A stretch of DNA of 64,000 nucleotides, the filler included, from Dirinaria sp. TL-2023a (taxonomy: Eukaryota), in NCBI GenBank assembly GCA_051941275.1. It is 5 parts of 5 records of this genome, joined end to end, with 100 filler letters (N's around TTAATTAATTAA, not from the genome) between each part and the next. Parts side by side here need not be neighbours in the genome. Positions count along the whole stretch, not along the records: positions 13,130 to 26,151 come from JAVEBF010000719.1; positions 26,252 to 39,270 come from JAVEBF010000720.1; 3 more parts are not named here. One strand, 5' to 3'. Below, piece by piece: positions 23,557-36,356 of the stretch. The notes below the pieces were generated by a model that was not told the origin of the DNA, did not search any database, and saw only the letters and a list, made by a program, of their open reading frames with translations. The stretch's first letter is position 1, and each line of letters opens with the position of its first letter. Made by a program: the position numbers and the translations under genes.

Positions 23557-26151
23557 GCTTGTAGACGAGCGATCTCGAGGTGATGTCTTGGCTGTAGAAC
23601 CGTTAGCCGTATCCTTGCAATTCGATCCAGCTCCAGCTCCCGGAATATCTCTTCCAATTTACGCTCCAACATTAGAACCATGCAAAGCGTCGCTGACAAG
23701 AGCGTCTTATATGATACAAGGATGATCGACGTACCTGTCCGATTATTCTAGAGCTTCATTTGATCTCGTAAGAACCTTCTCATATCATCAGACAAGGGCA
23801 ATGTCAACCAGATCTATCTGCATAAAGTGCCAGTAACCTGAACTAAGGAACTTTGAACACTGCAATTATCAAGGAACAAACCATAAACCGATACTTAGTG
23901 CTACATCCTAATCCTGCAACTGCATCTACTAATTAGAAGTCGCAAAATCACGTTGAATTGAGAATTCAAGCTCTTCGCCGTATCTACAAATTAATCCATT
24001 GATCCATAATCAACCGAAAGTAGCATCACGCGTAACTCTGGCTATAGTGAAATCTTGGTACAGGTAGCTTTCTTCCCTGGTCAAGATCGAGGATACCGTT
24101 GATTACGTGAGCGTGTCACGTTCCATATCGACACAGCGTGCTTAAGCGCGTCGAAAGTCATCATCCAGACTTAGACGACATGAGTATCTATAAGTCAATA
24201 GAATCATAGAAGTAGGGTCAGCCTGTCACGTCATCTTACTCTTAGGGTTGAGGACGCGGTTCTGTTTAGGTGCGTAATCCGTACAGTTTGATCCCATCTC
24301 GGAGATTATGGTAAGTAATCTTTACCTACTCGAGCTTAGTGCCCCCAGGTAAAAAAGTGCCGAGATTGACCCGATGCTGCCTCGTGCCAGCACAGCGAGT
24401 ATACATAACAGTGCGAGCATCGAATATGTCTCGCACCTCACATTGTAGCTGTACTTACTATCAATCAGCATCTGTATGATCTGACTCTGCATCGAGCCTC
24501 ACATTAAACCAACATTAGTCTAACAATGTGGTCATGTTCGTCTTGTACGAATTTCAAACAATAACGATAACACTGTTGGAATCGATGCAGCGTCAAGTCA
24601 GGTCCTGGTATGTTTAAGATATCATCGCTAAAGAAGGAGGAACAACTGAAAACCTCCGAGAATCACAGCCGACGTCATCTTCATGAAACTTCAAGAACTC
24701 TATGACTCGAATTGTGATCTCTCTCAATTCGTTAAGTCATTAATTCGCAAGCGCGGTCCTCTGGAACCGACTTAATTACTACTTTGACAATATCTTTTGT
24801 ATCGCTCTCATCGCACCGCCTTTGCTGCTCAGCGGCTTTCTCAGATCCGTTGTATCAATTTGCTGTAGCCTATCTCTCCTTTCCTGTCTCCATCTTTTCA
24901 AGCAGGTTCGCAGTACATGCTTCAATGTTGTACGGTTTTTTATCACATCCGCAGGTTCTTGTGATCACTCCCAATATCTTTCGTTCCGGTTTACACAGAA
25001 ACTCATTTGAACTCGCTATATTGCTCGTTCTCAACTGTGTTAGCAGAGCGCCATGCGTCTTCGAGCGATTCTTGTATAGATACATGTAAGGGTGGTATAT
25101 CGTGAATGCGGGTCTTCTGTAGTGAGTCTCGTTGATGCTCTACTTGCAAGTCGTCCTTCATGCTTTGCGGGCTCTGCTGCGTGAGAGCGTCGCGCGAGCG
25201 ATAGACTCGCGTATATTATCTAATTGAGTAAATTTTAGGTGTGCGTCTCGTTGACTGCTCTGTCTGCAAACTCATCGTTATTTTATAGTCTTAAGACTGG
25301 GATTCTAGTATAATTTCAACTAGATGTTCTTAATTACAATGGTGCTTTTCAAGAATTTGATCGCTTTCTACGGATATTTCAAAGCCAAGTCTGCGAAAAG
25401 GGCATTCAGCCCTGTGGTTCACGAGACCTTCAAACTATTGTAGTGGAGGTTCTCCCACAGGAATGAGAATTGGGGCGAGTGATGAATAGGCCGCTAGAAG
25501 TATGTAGCCTTGTCACGGGAGAAAAGAGAGAGAGAGAGAGAGAGAGAGGCATGTGCTGCAGCGAACGAAAAATTGCTCGCCAATGTAAAAGAGCCCACAG
25601 GCGAGAACGTGTATCGTCCGTAACTAAAACTGTTCAAAGAGGGCTAAACATTCAGGAATGGGATGCTAGATCAAATACGATCATGTACATCATACATCTC
25701 CCTTCTTGTATTGACCAATATATTTCGTAGAACATTAGTCAAGTTATAGGTTTTTCTGGCAAGGCATGACGCAGATCCAACATCTTACACGTACCCGATA
25801 TAAACCAGCGATTTCGAACAAAAAAGGAGACCACTTCTACATATAAATGAAATAAGTAAGTTCTCCTGAGAAAGAATTAGCATGAGGGAAGACTGGATAA
25901 TAAGTAATTGTAATTTAAAATTATTCAACTCTATAAAGCTAAACAACCCCTATACTAAGCCACTAACAAAATCCAATTCTCGATAGCGTAAGCGTTAAAG
26001 GTTACGTACAATAGCCTCTGATAAAAAGGGAATGGAGTGGCTGAGTGGAAGGTGGGCTGGGGGCGCCCGTTGTTCGAACCCACAGTACATCGCAGCATGC
26101 AAGCGAGCTCGCAAAATTTCTTCTGAAGAGCCTTTTTATCGGGTCAGAAAG

Positions 26152-26251
26152 NNNNNNNNNNNNNNNNNNNNNNNNNNNNNNNNNNNNNNNNNNNNTTAAT
26201 TAATTAANNNNNNNNNNNNNNNNNNNNNNNNNNNNNNNNNNNNNNNNNNNN
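26152..26251. other. artificial contig-joining linker
   Basis: N44-TTAATTAATTAA-N44. Confidence 0.97.
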
Positions 26252-28000
26252 TCCGCACGCTGTCGGCCCAGGTGATCGAGTGGCCTTGAGCTGCGTCCGA
26301 CGCGCCGTCGTAGTCTTCTGCGCGGCGACTGATTCCCGTTGGGAGACCGAAGACGGAGGGGGAGGCTTGTTGCGGCCTGTGAGGGAAGTAGGCGGTTGTA
26401 GCTGTGGGTGATTCCGTGCTTCTTCTGGAGGAGGAGGAGACGGAGGGCGCAAGGGAGATTTCGGTGAGGGGGACGGGATGCATGGGGCTTTGTTGTGCTT
26501 CGGATGCGACGTGGACGAGGCTTCGCGGTCGAGATGAGGGGAAGACTGCGCTCTGCGCGATGCGGACCCGGGGGTTGGTGCTGGCGAAACCGGCGTCGAT
26601 GGCTCCTCCGCGCTCGTCTTCGCCGCTTCCTGTTCGCTCGTCGGGCTCGTCTACTGGGAAGCTTGACATGCCTAGAGGCGGGTGGAGCGTGCGTCGTCGA
26701 GATGCGGCGTGAACGGGTAGGCTGACGACCGTTTTCCGTCGTCGAAGGCCGTCCCAGTGGACTTGTTCGTTCTCCGCGAGCGGCTCCATCAGATCCCGTT
26801 GCTTTTCTTCGTGGATCCGTCGAGCCTCTTCCGCCTCTAGTTTCTGCCTCGATTGTGACATCCTGCGGATGATGGCGGCGGTGCCTCGGATGGCGTCCGC
26901 CTTTGGCTCGGATTCCGGTTCCTGTTGCTCGGCCACTTCGCGTACCTGGTCCAGGTCACCTTTGAAGACTGCTGTGTCCGGGACATCCTTTGCCGATTTT
27001 GAGAGCTGGAGAAGGATGACGCCGCAGCAGATGACCAGGAAGCCGAGGACGACGTTGATTATTGACACTACGCTGCCCTTGAATCCTTGGAAGAGGATCG
27101 CCGAGGTGACTATGGTGGCACTCGTGAAATAGACATAGTAGGTGGGTGTGACGAGGGCTGCGTTGAAGATGTTGAGTGCTTTCTGTGCACATGTCAGCTA
27201 CGGAGCCGTTCATGAAAGAGGGATGGACGGACATTGAGGAAGATGATCTCCGTCAGCAGCGTGGCAATGACGAAGACGAACAGGATGTAGAGGAACGGCT
27301 GATTGTACTGCTTCGTACCACCCGCTTGCGCGACGATTGCAGCACCCAGACCCTGGGTTGCAACCACGCTCAGACCTCCAATCAGACTGCAAATGCTCAA
27401 ATATACCAACATACTCTTCTTCCCGTATCTGGGTCCGGCCCAAAACGCGATGAAAGCACATCCAAGAATGATGACACCGGCGTAAGCCAAAAATCCCGGT
27501 GCGATGACGAAGTGTTGCATCTCTTGTATCGTCCCTGCCGAGCTTTGTGCCGGGGCACTCAGCAGGATCACGACCGAACCTATAATGCATAGGAAGCAGC
27601 CAATCTTTCCAACGAAACTCAGACGTTCGTTGAGGAAGATGGCCGACAGAATGGTGGTGATGACGACGGAGAGGGCTCCTAGAGGCGTCACCAGTATTGC
27701 ATCGACGAAAGCGTAGGCCACGAAGTTGCATATTTCGCCCACAATCATCAGCGTCATGCCCGCCCACCAGAAGGCATTCTTCAGATAGCCATAGCCCTCG
27801 CCCGCTTCTTCATTGTATTTCGCGTTGGCGCGGAGCAGCCCCGTCTTTTTCAGCACGAACGATGTCCCAATAAACAATCCGGAAGCAATGGCAAGAGATA
27901 TCCCAACCGCTTTGAAAACTGGAGGCCGGTGTGGTGTCTCGGTATCCGCTCGTGTGTAGAGCGCGTGTGCGGTTGAAAGACCGCCATGAGTCCAGTCCAT
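26252..28000 (-). CDS. NIPA-family (DUF803) Mg2+ transporter, 3' end truncated by contig edge
   Basis: GISLAIASGLFIGTSFVLKK, WWAGMTLMIVGEICNFVAYAF, LVTPLGALSV, then KALNIFNAALVTPTYYVYFT after an intron at about 27233-27184. Confidence 0.92.
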
Positions 28001-29185
28001 GGTCACTTCGCCGTTGAGCAATGATCCGGCACGATGCTCTTCGGCTCGCTGAGCTTCTAGCGATAATTGTTATCCAGTGTTATCGAGCAAGCAAGTGCTG
28101 AAAATATCGATCACTCTGAACGAAACCCCGATTTTGACAAAGAACGTTTGGTCGTGGTATCATTAGGTCATGTAGTCGTCCGGAGCTTTGGGTTCCAGAT
28201 CCACCTTCTCAGAAATATCTTTATTCGCGAGCGTTTGCGCTGGTCGTAAGATCTCTAGGAAAGCGCTACAAGGAGGCGTGTAGATGTGTCTAGGAATTGA
28301 GGTCGATGCAGGATGGTTAGGCTGGTCTGTTTGTCGGGAGGTGAAGGGTCTGTAACCGCTGGAGTGTGGTAGAATCAATGCAGCCAGTCTGGGAAGGGTT
28401 GTACGAGTTACGTTCAGAGCCAAGCAATCAACAGGGTCAAGTCAACGTTGATAGCGGTGATAATTAAGTGATACAAGTGAAGGCCAGTGCAGAGTGGATG
28501 GCGGATTCTGTCGATCTCATAAGAAGGATGAAGGGTTCATGAACGTACAGCACAATTCCAGAGTAGTTGTACTCTACCTTACTACTTCTCCTCGATTTAC
28601 ATACATCCAATGTTCTGGATTCGCATTTCAATAATGCGTTTGGCTTGGCACACACCCCTCGACCCGGCGATCAAATACTAGCGCCACAAGCATCACGTCT
28701 CCCCGAGCAACGAAGCCAATCATGCGTTTATCGCCTCCCCTGTTCTGCATCATCCCACCACCACTAGCGCAACACCCAGTCCAATCCATCCCCAAACAGT
28801 GTCTGTGGCGATCCGGAGAGGACGCGTCCAGTCTAAATTTAGGCCGGTGAGTGTGCAACAGGGCTCCGGAGGTGATGGAGATCGATCAATCGTGAAATCG
28901 TTTTGTTCGGTGGAGCGGATGTTCTGCATTTCAAGTTATGGGCTTGGCATGCAATTGATTGCTGGCAAACAGTCCCTCATAAGAATGCAACAGTTTTAGA
29001 AATGTACATATAGATTCTTCGTGTAGTATATCTTCGTTCCGCATTTACGCAATATCTTGTTCAGCTCAGAAAACGCCAGGAGATATCTGTGGTATCGAAT
29101 GCTGAATCATTATTCCCTCCTCTGTGCCTCAGAACGCCGCTTTGGAAAGTCCATCGTCATTGGAGCCTCTGAAAGCCTTCCTTGA

Positions 29186-31087
29186 CTACCGAGCCGTGTA
29201 CTCCGGCTTGCGCGCCATGTTGACCACCGGTGGTGGCCCATCCGTGTCTGGATACGGCAGGTTCACATATCCGTCACTTCGCGGCGGAGAAGTATGCCTC
29301 CGGTCCATGTCGTTGTGTGATAGTATTGGCGTCTTGGGCGGTCGAGGTGGTGCCTCCTGCCTCCCGTAGCCCTCGTTGCCCCGCGGTGAGGGAACAGCGC
29401 CATGGATGGTGGCCGGCCTCTCCGCCGCGGTAAGCTCGTTACTGCTTCGATAGTGCTCTTCTGATGCCCTTGAATGTCGGTAGTATTGAGGAGGGTCGTC
29501 GGGCTCGATGACAAATTTGTCTTGGTCGTTATACTGATTTTGGTAGGGATAAGACACATTTTGCGCCGGGTACTGTGGGCCAGGCTTGCTGAGCGGTCGA
29601 GGGAGGAGCGACGGCACGTCTTCGCTTGGTAACTCTACGGCATGGTCTTCGGGCACTGGGGGGATATCGGCAACGATAGGCCTATCGAAAGTGCTTTCAT
29701 AAGAACCGGGTGGAAGATATGGCTCCGCTCGCTTCGCTCTTTCGATCCTGCCCATTTTCCGGGCCGCGTCACCAATCATTCGATCCACGTCAGGGTTGTT
29801 GAGATATGTCTCTGTGCTGTTGCTGATGTCGGTCAGCCGGTTCCACTCGTTCATGCCAAACTCGCCCACGCCGACCTCGACATTCAGCCTGTAGTAGTTG
29901 TGCGAATCCACTCCGCGTTTTTTAAGATGGATGTCGAGCATGTCGAGGTGCGTCATCTCGCAACCTTCGATCTTCTCGATTAGCTTTCGCTTGGCCTCTG
30001 CGAATTCGCCCATGCCACCAGCAAAGCTTTCCCACCACTCTGCCTGCATATTGCCGCTTCCTGGGGCCCTTTTCCCAGTGCCAATGCTGAGGAAAACACC
30101 GATCGGTCTGTTAGGCCATTCGTTGACGACAGCCTCGTCCAGTATCAGTGGCGCTGGGTTGTAGTTCCCTCCTCCTTCGTCAAGAAAAGTTGACGACCCT
30201 ATCTGCATTGGCTTGAAAGCAAGTCTTGTTGCGCACGTTGCACGTCCGGCCTGCCATATAGGATAGAGGTACTCTAAGCCAGGCTTCTTTCTCGATCTAT
30301 ATGATCTTAAGAGAGCGGAAGTGGTAGGGCTTTTCTGGCTCGTTTTCTTGTAGACAGCCGTGACAGCTCTAAAGACGGCGTTAGCTTGCTTCAACGTCAT
30401 GCGAACATTGACTTACGTCTTTGTGCGATTTTCCCGAGTATCATAAAGGTATGCATTTGGATTGCCAGAGGCGTGTGGTCTCATTGGGCTGTACGGGCCA
30501 GAGCTCAAAGACCTCCGATGCGCGCTGCCGTTGGTGCTGTATACACTTGGCGGCCTGTGGGGACTTAGGGGGGATCCTCGAGCGCCGTCAGCGCTCGCTT
30601 CCGCTTTCTCCTGTTCGTATTCGCGCACACACTCTTTGATAGCGTCTTCTAATTTAGATGCCTTGAAGAGCGTGGATCTGTAGGGAATGCCTGCAATTGT
30701 CTTGTCGGTCTCGAAGACTTTCCTCGTCATACGAACGTAGACCTCCATACATTCGACAAGGTTCATTCGGAGCCGACCCAGCATGATGGCAATCAGCCCG
30801 CCAGTCCCAGTGCCCGCAATGAGATCAAAGTATTCGCACGGCTTTGGCCTTGGATCGACATCCTGTGGTCCTTCGCTGTCGGCGCCGTGAGTGGCTACAT
30901 AGGTCTGGTGCATAAACTCTCGCAGCAAAATGAGCATAGAGTATCCTCTAACACCGCCGCCATCTATGATATATGAGTCAGCTTGGTGTGTTTTGCATGT
31001 TCGGTGCAAAAGCCAAGTACCTAGTGATAATATGCGCAATGGTTGACCCAGAGTAGTATCTTTGCGCCGTAGACGTCCTGAGTCCAT
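29186..31087 (-). CDS. patatin-like phospholipase-fold protein (catalytic Ser absent), 3 exons
   Basis: RILSL|DGGGVRG, FDLIAGTGTGGLIAIMLGRL, IWQAGRATCAT, FLDEG, FLSIGTG, YYRLNV; Pro-rich tail. Confidence 0.88.
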
Positions 31088-32041
31088 CGCACTTTGCGCT
31101 TTGCGCTTTTGTCCTTCAAGGAGCCTTACTTGCCCGTTTAGTTAAGGAAATTTGTCGGTCCAAAAAAGGTCTTGAAGGCCTTCTTGTATTGCTCCGGCAG
31201 GCCTACCGGCCTCGGAAGACCACGCAAGAAACTGCAGTCCGAAAGTGGAGAAGTCCTATCACTTTTCAATGATAGCAGGATTGACGGTCGACGAGTTTCA
31301 GCAACCTCGGTCCTCAGCGAGTTTCGAATGAGGATAATCGCAGTAGGCGCGGATATTGTAGATAGACTTCAGAGAAGCCGAGGAAGACTAGGGACAAACA
31401 TGCAGCGGCACCAGCGGAGCGGCCAGCTGCCTTTGGAAGGGAGAGATCTTCTCTACTTCGCTCGATTAGGAAGCTCTCCGTGGTTGAGGAAATCGGTAGT
31501 CGGCGACACAGTGAAAGTCGGAAGATAAGTGAAATTTGTTTGGTGAACTGAAACGTTTTCGAGGGGTCAAGGGGTGACAGTGCGGTAACGTAAGATAGAT
31601 AGAGGCGTAAAGAAGCGCCCGTATTCACTGCTGAGCATTAAGTTGGGCAGTGGGCAGTGGGCATTGCGCTAGGTGCCTGAGGCCGAGTGGGGCTGTACAA
31701 TTGCTCCCATCCATTCCTCCTGACTGTTCCTCAGGTATGTCAAGGTACCATACGAGGAGTTATTCTACCTTACTTAGCCTCTGACTCTGCGCTTCTCATC
31801 GTTTCACACATGTTCATGATCTGTTAGCCTTGAAACACCCCTTGATGTGAGCATAGTCGAAGGTCTTCAGGCCTCATTAAATGGGAGCATATCAACGATA
31901 GATAGGCACACCTCTGAGCTGTCACTGCACACAAGCTGAGACAAAGGCTACATGTACAATAGGAAGCTAGCAACCATCAATCCTTCTGCTCATTTGAATA
32001 GAGACCTGTGGGAGCGTTTGGAAGTCATCTAGACCAATATC

Positions 32042-33212
32042 ATGAAGGTCACTCAAGTGATTACAGCCTCCTGTCTCTTGAATCCTGTTCTTCATACTAA
32101 TCGCAGTAACGCATCAGCTCTACACCTATCCCATCAAGTCGATGCGGCCAATCTCTCTTTCTAATGTGGAAGTGACACCGCACGGATTTCCATATGATCG
32201 GCGATTCATGCTCTTCAAGGTCATGGAAGGAGATGGCAAAAGGAAGCTCAGGAGAATGACGGTGACGAACACGACTGAAATGGTCCTGTATCACCCACGC
32301 ATTGACCTGCCGACGAACCAGAACGATGGCAATGGTACCATCACCGTGGAGTACTGTCCGCCCGGCGGAAAGAGTAAGGAAATCACCATGCCCCTCAAGC
32401 CTGATGTATCCACTTTGGAAACTGTAGATACGGCATTGCATGAAAGTCCAGCGAAAGCTTACATTATGGGTGATAAATACAACTCATGGTTCTCGTCGAA
32501 TTTTGGCTATCCGGTCGTTCTCGTGTACCTGGGGCCTCACCTGCGAGCGCTGAGAGGGAATCTATCGCCGAACGCAGCCACCAAAGGAAGCAAGAAAACA
32601 TGGCTTTCGAGCGTTACGGAGAATTTGCCTGGCTGGTTATCGGCGGATGTAGGCCATGAAGAAGGCATAACTTTTGCAGATTGTGCGCCCTATCTTGTAG
32701 TCACAGAGGAATCATTGCATGATGTCTCTGCCCGGCTCCCCAAAGGTGTAGGAATGGATATAACAAAATTCAGACCCAACATTGTAGTTTCGGGCGCTAC
32801 AGACTGCTACGAAGAAGATTTCTGGGGAGGTCTCAAGATTATTGCGAACGCAAATGAAGACACCGAAAACAACGAGATGGAGCTCATCCTGACTAACAAC
32901 TGCGCTCGTTGCTCGAGTCTTAACATAGACTATGCGACAGGAAAGATAGCCACCGATGAAACAGGCACAGTACTGAAAAAGCTAATGAAGGATCGAAGAG
33001 TTGACACAGGCCAAAAATGGTCGCCTGTATTCGGCCGCTACAGTTTCTTGAAGGCAGACGGTTTACCAAACAGGAGAATAAGCATTGGAAACGAGGTCAT
33101 GGTCTGCAAGAGAAACAAGGAGAGGACAGCCCTTGGTGATTGCATGCCTGCTGCTTGATATCCGATTACGCTGACAACTTTTCCAGAGTGGCCAGGCCTT
33201 GGGAGTGGGTAG
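32042..33212 (+). CDS. MOSC-domain (mARC/molybdenum cofactor sulfurase C-terminal-like) protein
   Basis: MKVTQ|LYTYPIKS, YDRRFML, FADCAPYLV, KFRPNIVVSG, EEDFW, CARC. Introns about 32057-32117 and 33136-33186. Confidence 0.9.
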
Positions 33213-33246
33213 GAGATAATGGAGATTGCAGCAACTCAAAAGTCTC

Positions 33247-34089
33247 CTACATCATTTCAGTCTTGGAAAACAATGGAGTGTGGATGGGAATCATACCTTG
33301 TCCCTCATCGTAGCCCCCTTGATACCCTTCTCCACCTCCTTGTTCGTCGAGATCTTGTCCACCCCGTTGCTCACGGTAACCCCCCAACTCACCCTGAGCT
33401 CCGCGATCCGCACCATTTGCCGCCAAAAACGTCGACAGCATCTGCAGCTCCGTCATGAGGATCTCCGTATCTTTCGCTCTCATAGGAGCATGCTTCAGAT
33501 GCCGCGCCAGCTCGTTGATCGTCCTCTTGAGCTTGGAGTACACATGGCTCGCATTCTCCCCGTCTCTAGTCTGGCGCGCCATCGCCGCGGCTTCAATGGT
33601 ATCCTTCGCATGCTCCATCAGCAAACGAGCCATCTCGTGGAAGCTGGTATGTGCCGGCTCGTCCATCGCCCCATATTGTTGTTCGCGATATCCATCGCCG
33701 CTGTTGTTGTCTCCACGGCCACCGCCTCTCCCTCCGGCCGCCGCTGGCCGTTTATTGCTCGCGCCGACCTTGCCCATCCAAAGATGGTCCAGCAGCTCCG
33801 GCCTCGCATACGACTTCACATACTGCACGTCACGCTGGAAACTCTGCAGAAAGGAGCCATAGAAATTCATCGCTTCGCCAACGGCCCCATAGAGCTCTTG
33901 CAGCTCTTCATCGAATGCCGGGCGCTGCTGCTGCCGCCGACGTCCACTGCTATGGCGCCCACGCTCGCTGCTTTGCCGTCCATGGTGCAGGTCCTCATCG
34001 TATCGCTCTCGCGTCGGCGGCATCCAGTGATTGCTCTGTCTCCCTGGGCCATATTGTCCCTCATGCATCCTATTATCCATCATAGGCAC
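33247..34089 (-). CDS. hypothetical Gly/Arg/Gln-rich protein with a helical core
   Basis: 280-aa ORF with GC-rich coding bias, flanked by an AT-rich upstream region; no recognised domain. Confidence 0.6.
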   Translation of the reverse strand: MPMMDNRMHEGQYGPGRQSNHWMPPTRERYDEDLHHGRQSSERGRHSSGRRRQQQRPAFDEELQELYGAVGEAMNFYGSFLQSFQRDVQYVKSYARPELLDHLWMGKVGASNKRPAAAGGRGGGRGDNNSGDGYREQQYGAMDEPAHTSFHEMARLLMEHAKDTIEAAAMARQTRDGENASHVYSKLKRTINELARHLKHAPMRAKDTEILMTELQMLSTFLAANGADRGAQGELGGYREQRGGQDLDEQGGGEGYQGGYDEGQGMIPIHTPLFSKTEMM

Positions 34090-34958
34090 TACCTAGCTTT
34101 TCACCTCAAATGTACTTAAAATTAGAAAATTTAAAAGATCTTTTCAATCCTTTAAACCTTGCATTAAAAAAGTTACACAAAAAACCCCCCCAAAGCACGG
34201 TTTCCAAACCCAAACCCCCTTTTATACAAACCCCCTAATGTTCTCATCCGACCGGTAATCATCATTCGACTACATCATCTCTCTTGTTTTTTTTTTCCCT
34301 CTCTTTTCGATAGTTTGTTTGCCAGCTATTTCTATCAGGTCTCGTCACATGGGGGGCCATGACATGGATGGTATCATATCCCACGATTCCCATTCGCGAA
34401 ACATTGTGGCGGTTTGTTGCAGCGGTCACACGCATACGAAGGTTCGGCTGCTTGCTTTGCAGATTCGCCTGCTTGCATGTATGTAGGTATGTATGTGAGA
34501 TATGATGTTTGAAAGTTAAAATGGAATGGAGATAGGGTAGGGTGAATGCTTGACTTGACTTGATCAAACTACAGGATATGGGATTTGGGCCCCGAGGCGG
34601 AAAAGGAGGGAGGGGAGTTTTCTGGATCTCACTTCCTAAGTTTTTCTTTTTTATTTTTATTGCGGTCGCTTTTACGTTTTCATGGTTTTCTTATTGATTA
34701 ACAATTGTATACTTGGTCGTAGAGAAGCTCTAAGGTAACGTTTAACTCTGGTTTAATAATATGGCAAAATTTATGGGGAAGCAAGGAGTATAGAAGATAG
34801 GGTTGATGCAGGGTTTCACCAGACCAATCAATCCTCTGCCAAAGTCGTACTTTATCCATGCGCTTTCCAGCACTTCTATATCCGTCCAATATCCTCTTAT
34901 AGGCATAAATAATTTCCTCATTCGGGCCTCAGCAGGAGCCTGGTCGGATTTATTTCGC

Positions 34959-36356
34959 CTACTGGGGGCCCTTCCATGCCCAAGTTCCCACTGTGGTCTT
35001 GCTTCCCGCCGGTGTGGCTCCATCCTGAATTCTGCGCTCCTCTTCCTCCTCTAGTCGTGGTGATGTGTTGGACGGCGGATGATGCACCCCCCTCAAACTG
35101 CCTTTACTCGCCATCTCATGCATAGCCGCCGTACTGCCCGTCAGCTCCTGTACCGAGCCCCCTCTTGACCGCCGCGAACTTCTTTCGCTCTTGGACGTGC
35201 GTGCCGGGCTCGTGGCTGAATTCGTGGTGTTGCTCCAATAGTCCTTTTCGGGTACTGCGGGAGGAATGGGGATGTCCTTGTTGTTGTTGTTGTTGTCGAC
35301 TTCGTGGTAGTCGCGGAGCGAGGGCGAGCCGTGCATTTCCGCACGCCGGCCGTGGTGGTTTTGCGAGCGCGGCACTCCTGGGGGAATGGGCTGCATCTCC
35401 GGCGATGGATGTTGGCGCTGGGCGCGTTGGCGGCGGAGTAAGTAGATGAGGAGGCCAAGGAGGCAGAGAAGCGGGATCCCAAGACCCAGACCTAGCCCTG
35501 CACCGAGAGCGACGTTGTGGGAGTTCGACGAGGAGTTTGGGGTAGGAGTGTGAGGCGCAGACGTTATGGTGATGGCAGCTGGGGATGAGGAAGTGGTAGT
35601 GGGTGGAGCCGTGGTGTTGAAGATATCGAAGTCGAGCTTCAGAGGTGTTGAGCCACCGATGGGAGGCTTTTGGTCGCATCCCTGATCGAGTGCACGAAGG
35701 TAATTGACAAGAGTATTGGAGGCAGGCACTTTGCGCAAACAGTCCATGCATGCATTAACGTTCTTCTGAAAAGCGCCGTTGCCGTCTTCGCAGTACTGGT
35801 ATTGGATGGTTGTGTTGGTTTGGAGTACACGGTCGGTCTGGGGCAGGGGCAAATTAGTCCTCATCCTCATTGACTCCTATCTCCCAGGTCGAAGAGGGGC
35901 ACAGAGAGAGAGGTAGGTTGCACTGAAAAGACTGGAACATACCATGGCTGACAGCATACCATTCGAAGGTCCGGCACAGGTATCAGCGCATTGAAGGTTT
36001 TGAATTGTGACATCGTTGTTCTCGAAAGAGAAGACGCAATGATCGATGGTATATTTCATATTGAAGAGAAACCAGTAGACGTCATTCTCTCGGCTTCCCT
36101 GATCAAATGCAGTTGAGGAGCTCTCGCATGCGAGGCAGTCATGAAATTTGCGGCCATCTGCTGTCGAGTTCGGTCCGCTGAGCTCCCAGTCATTGCAAAC
36201 CAGCTGATATGGTTGCGTACTGGAAGCTAGCTTATCGGTGACATTGGCAGTTGGGGAGTTGATGCAAATAGAGCTACATTGTGAACTAGGCGTGACCTCG
36301 ACGCAGTGGACAAAGCTGAGGTGATGCAATACAATGAATAGGATCAAAGGAAGCAT
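34959..36356 (-). CDS. type I single-pass membrane protein with Cys-rich ectodomain and Ser/Thr stalk
   Basis: Signal peptide MLPLILFIVLHHLSFVHC; paired Cys; TTSSS stalk; TM ALGAGLGLGLGIPLLCLLGLLIYLL-RRQR; one intron at about 35942-35838. Confidence 0.8.

Noticed and set aside
25525..25548. (GA)n and similar microsatellites ((CA)n near 36450, (TTG)n near 35280, (CCA)n near 40125) as functional arrays or CRISPR
   Set aside because: Ordinary simple repeats in a eukaryotic genome; no repeat-spacer structure.
33226..34119. 297-aa plus-strand ORF fully antisense to the 280-aa minus ORF
   Set aside because: Non-ATG start and shadow-like composition; expected opposite a GC-rich coding strand.
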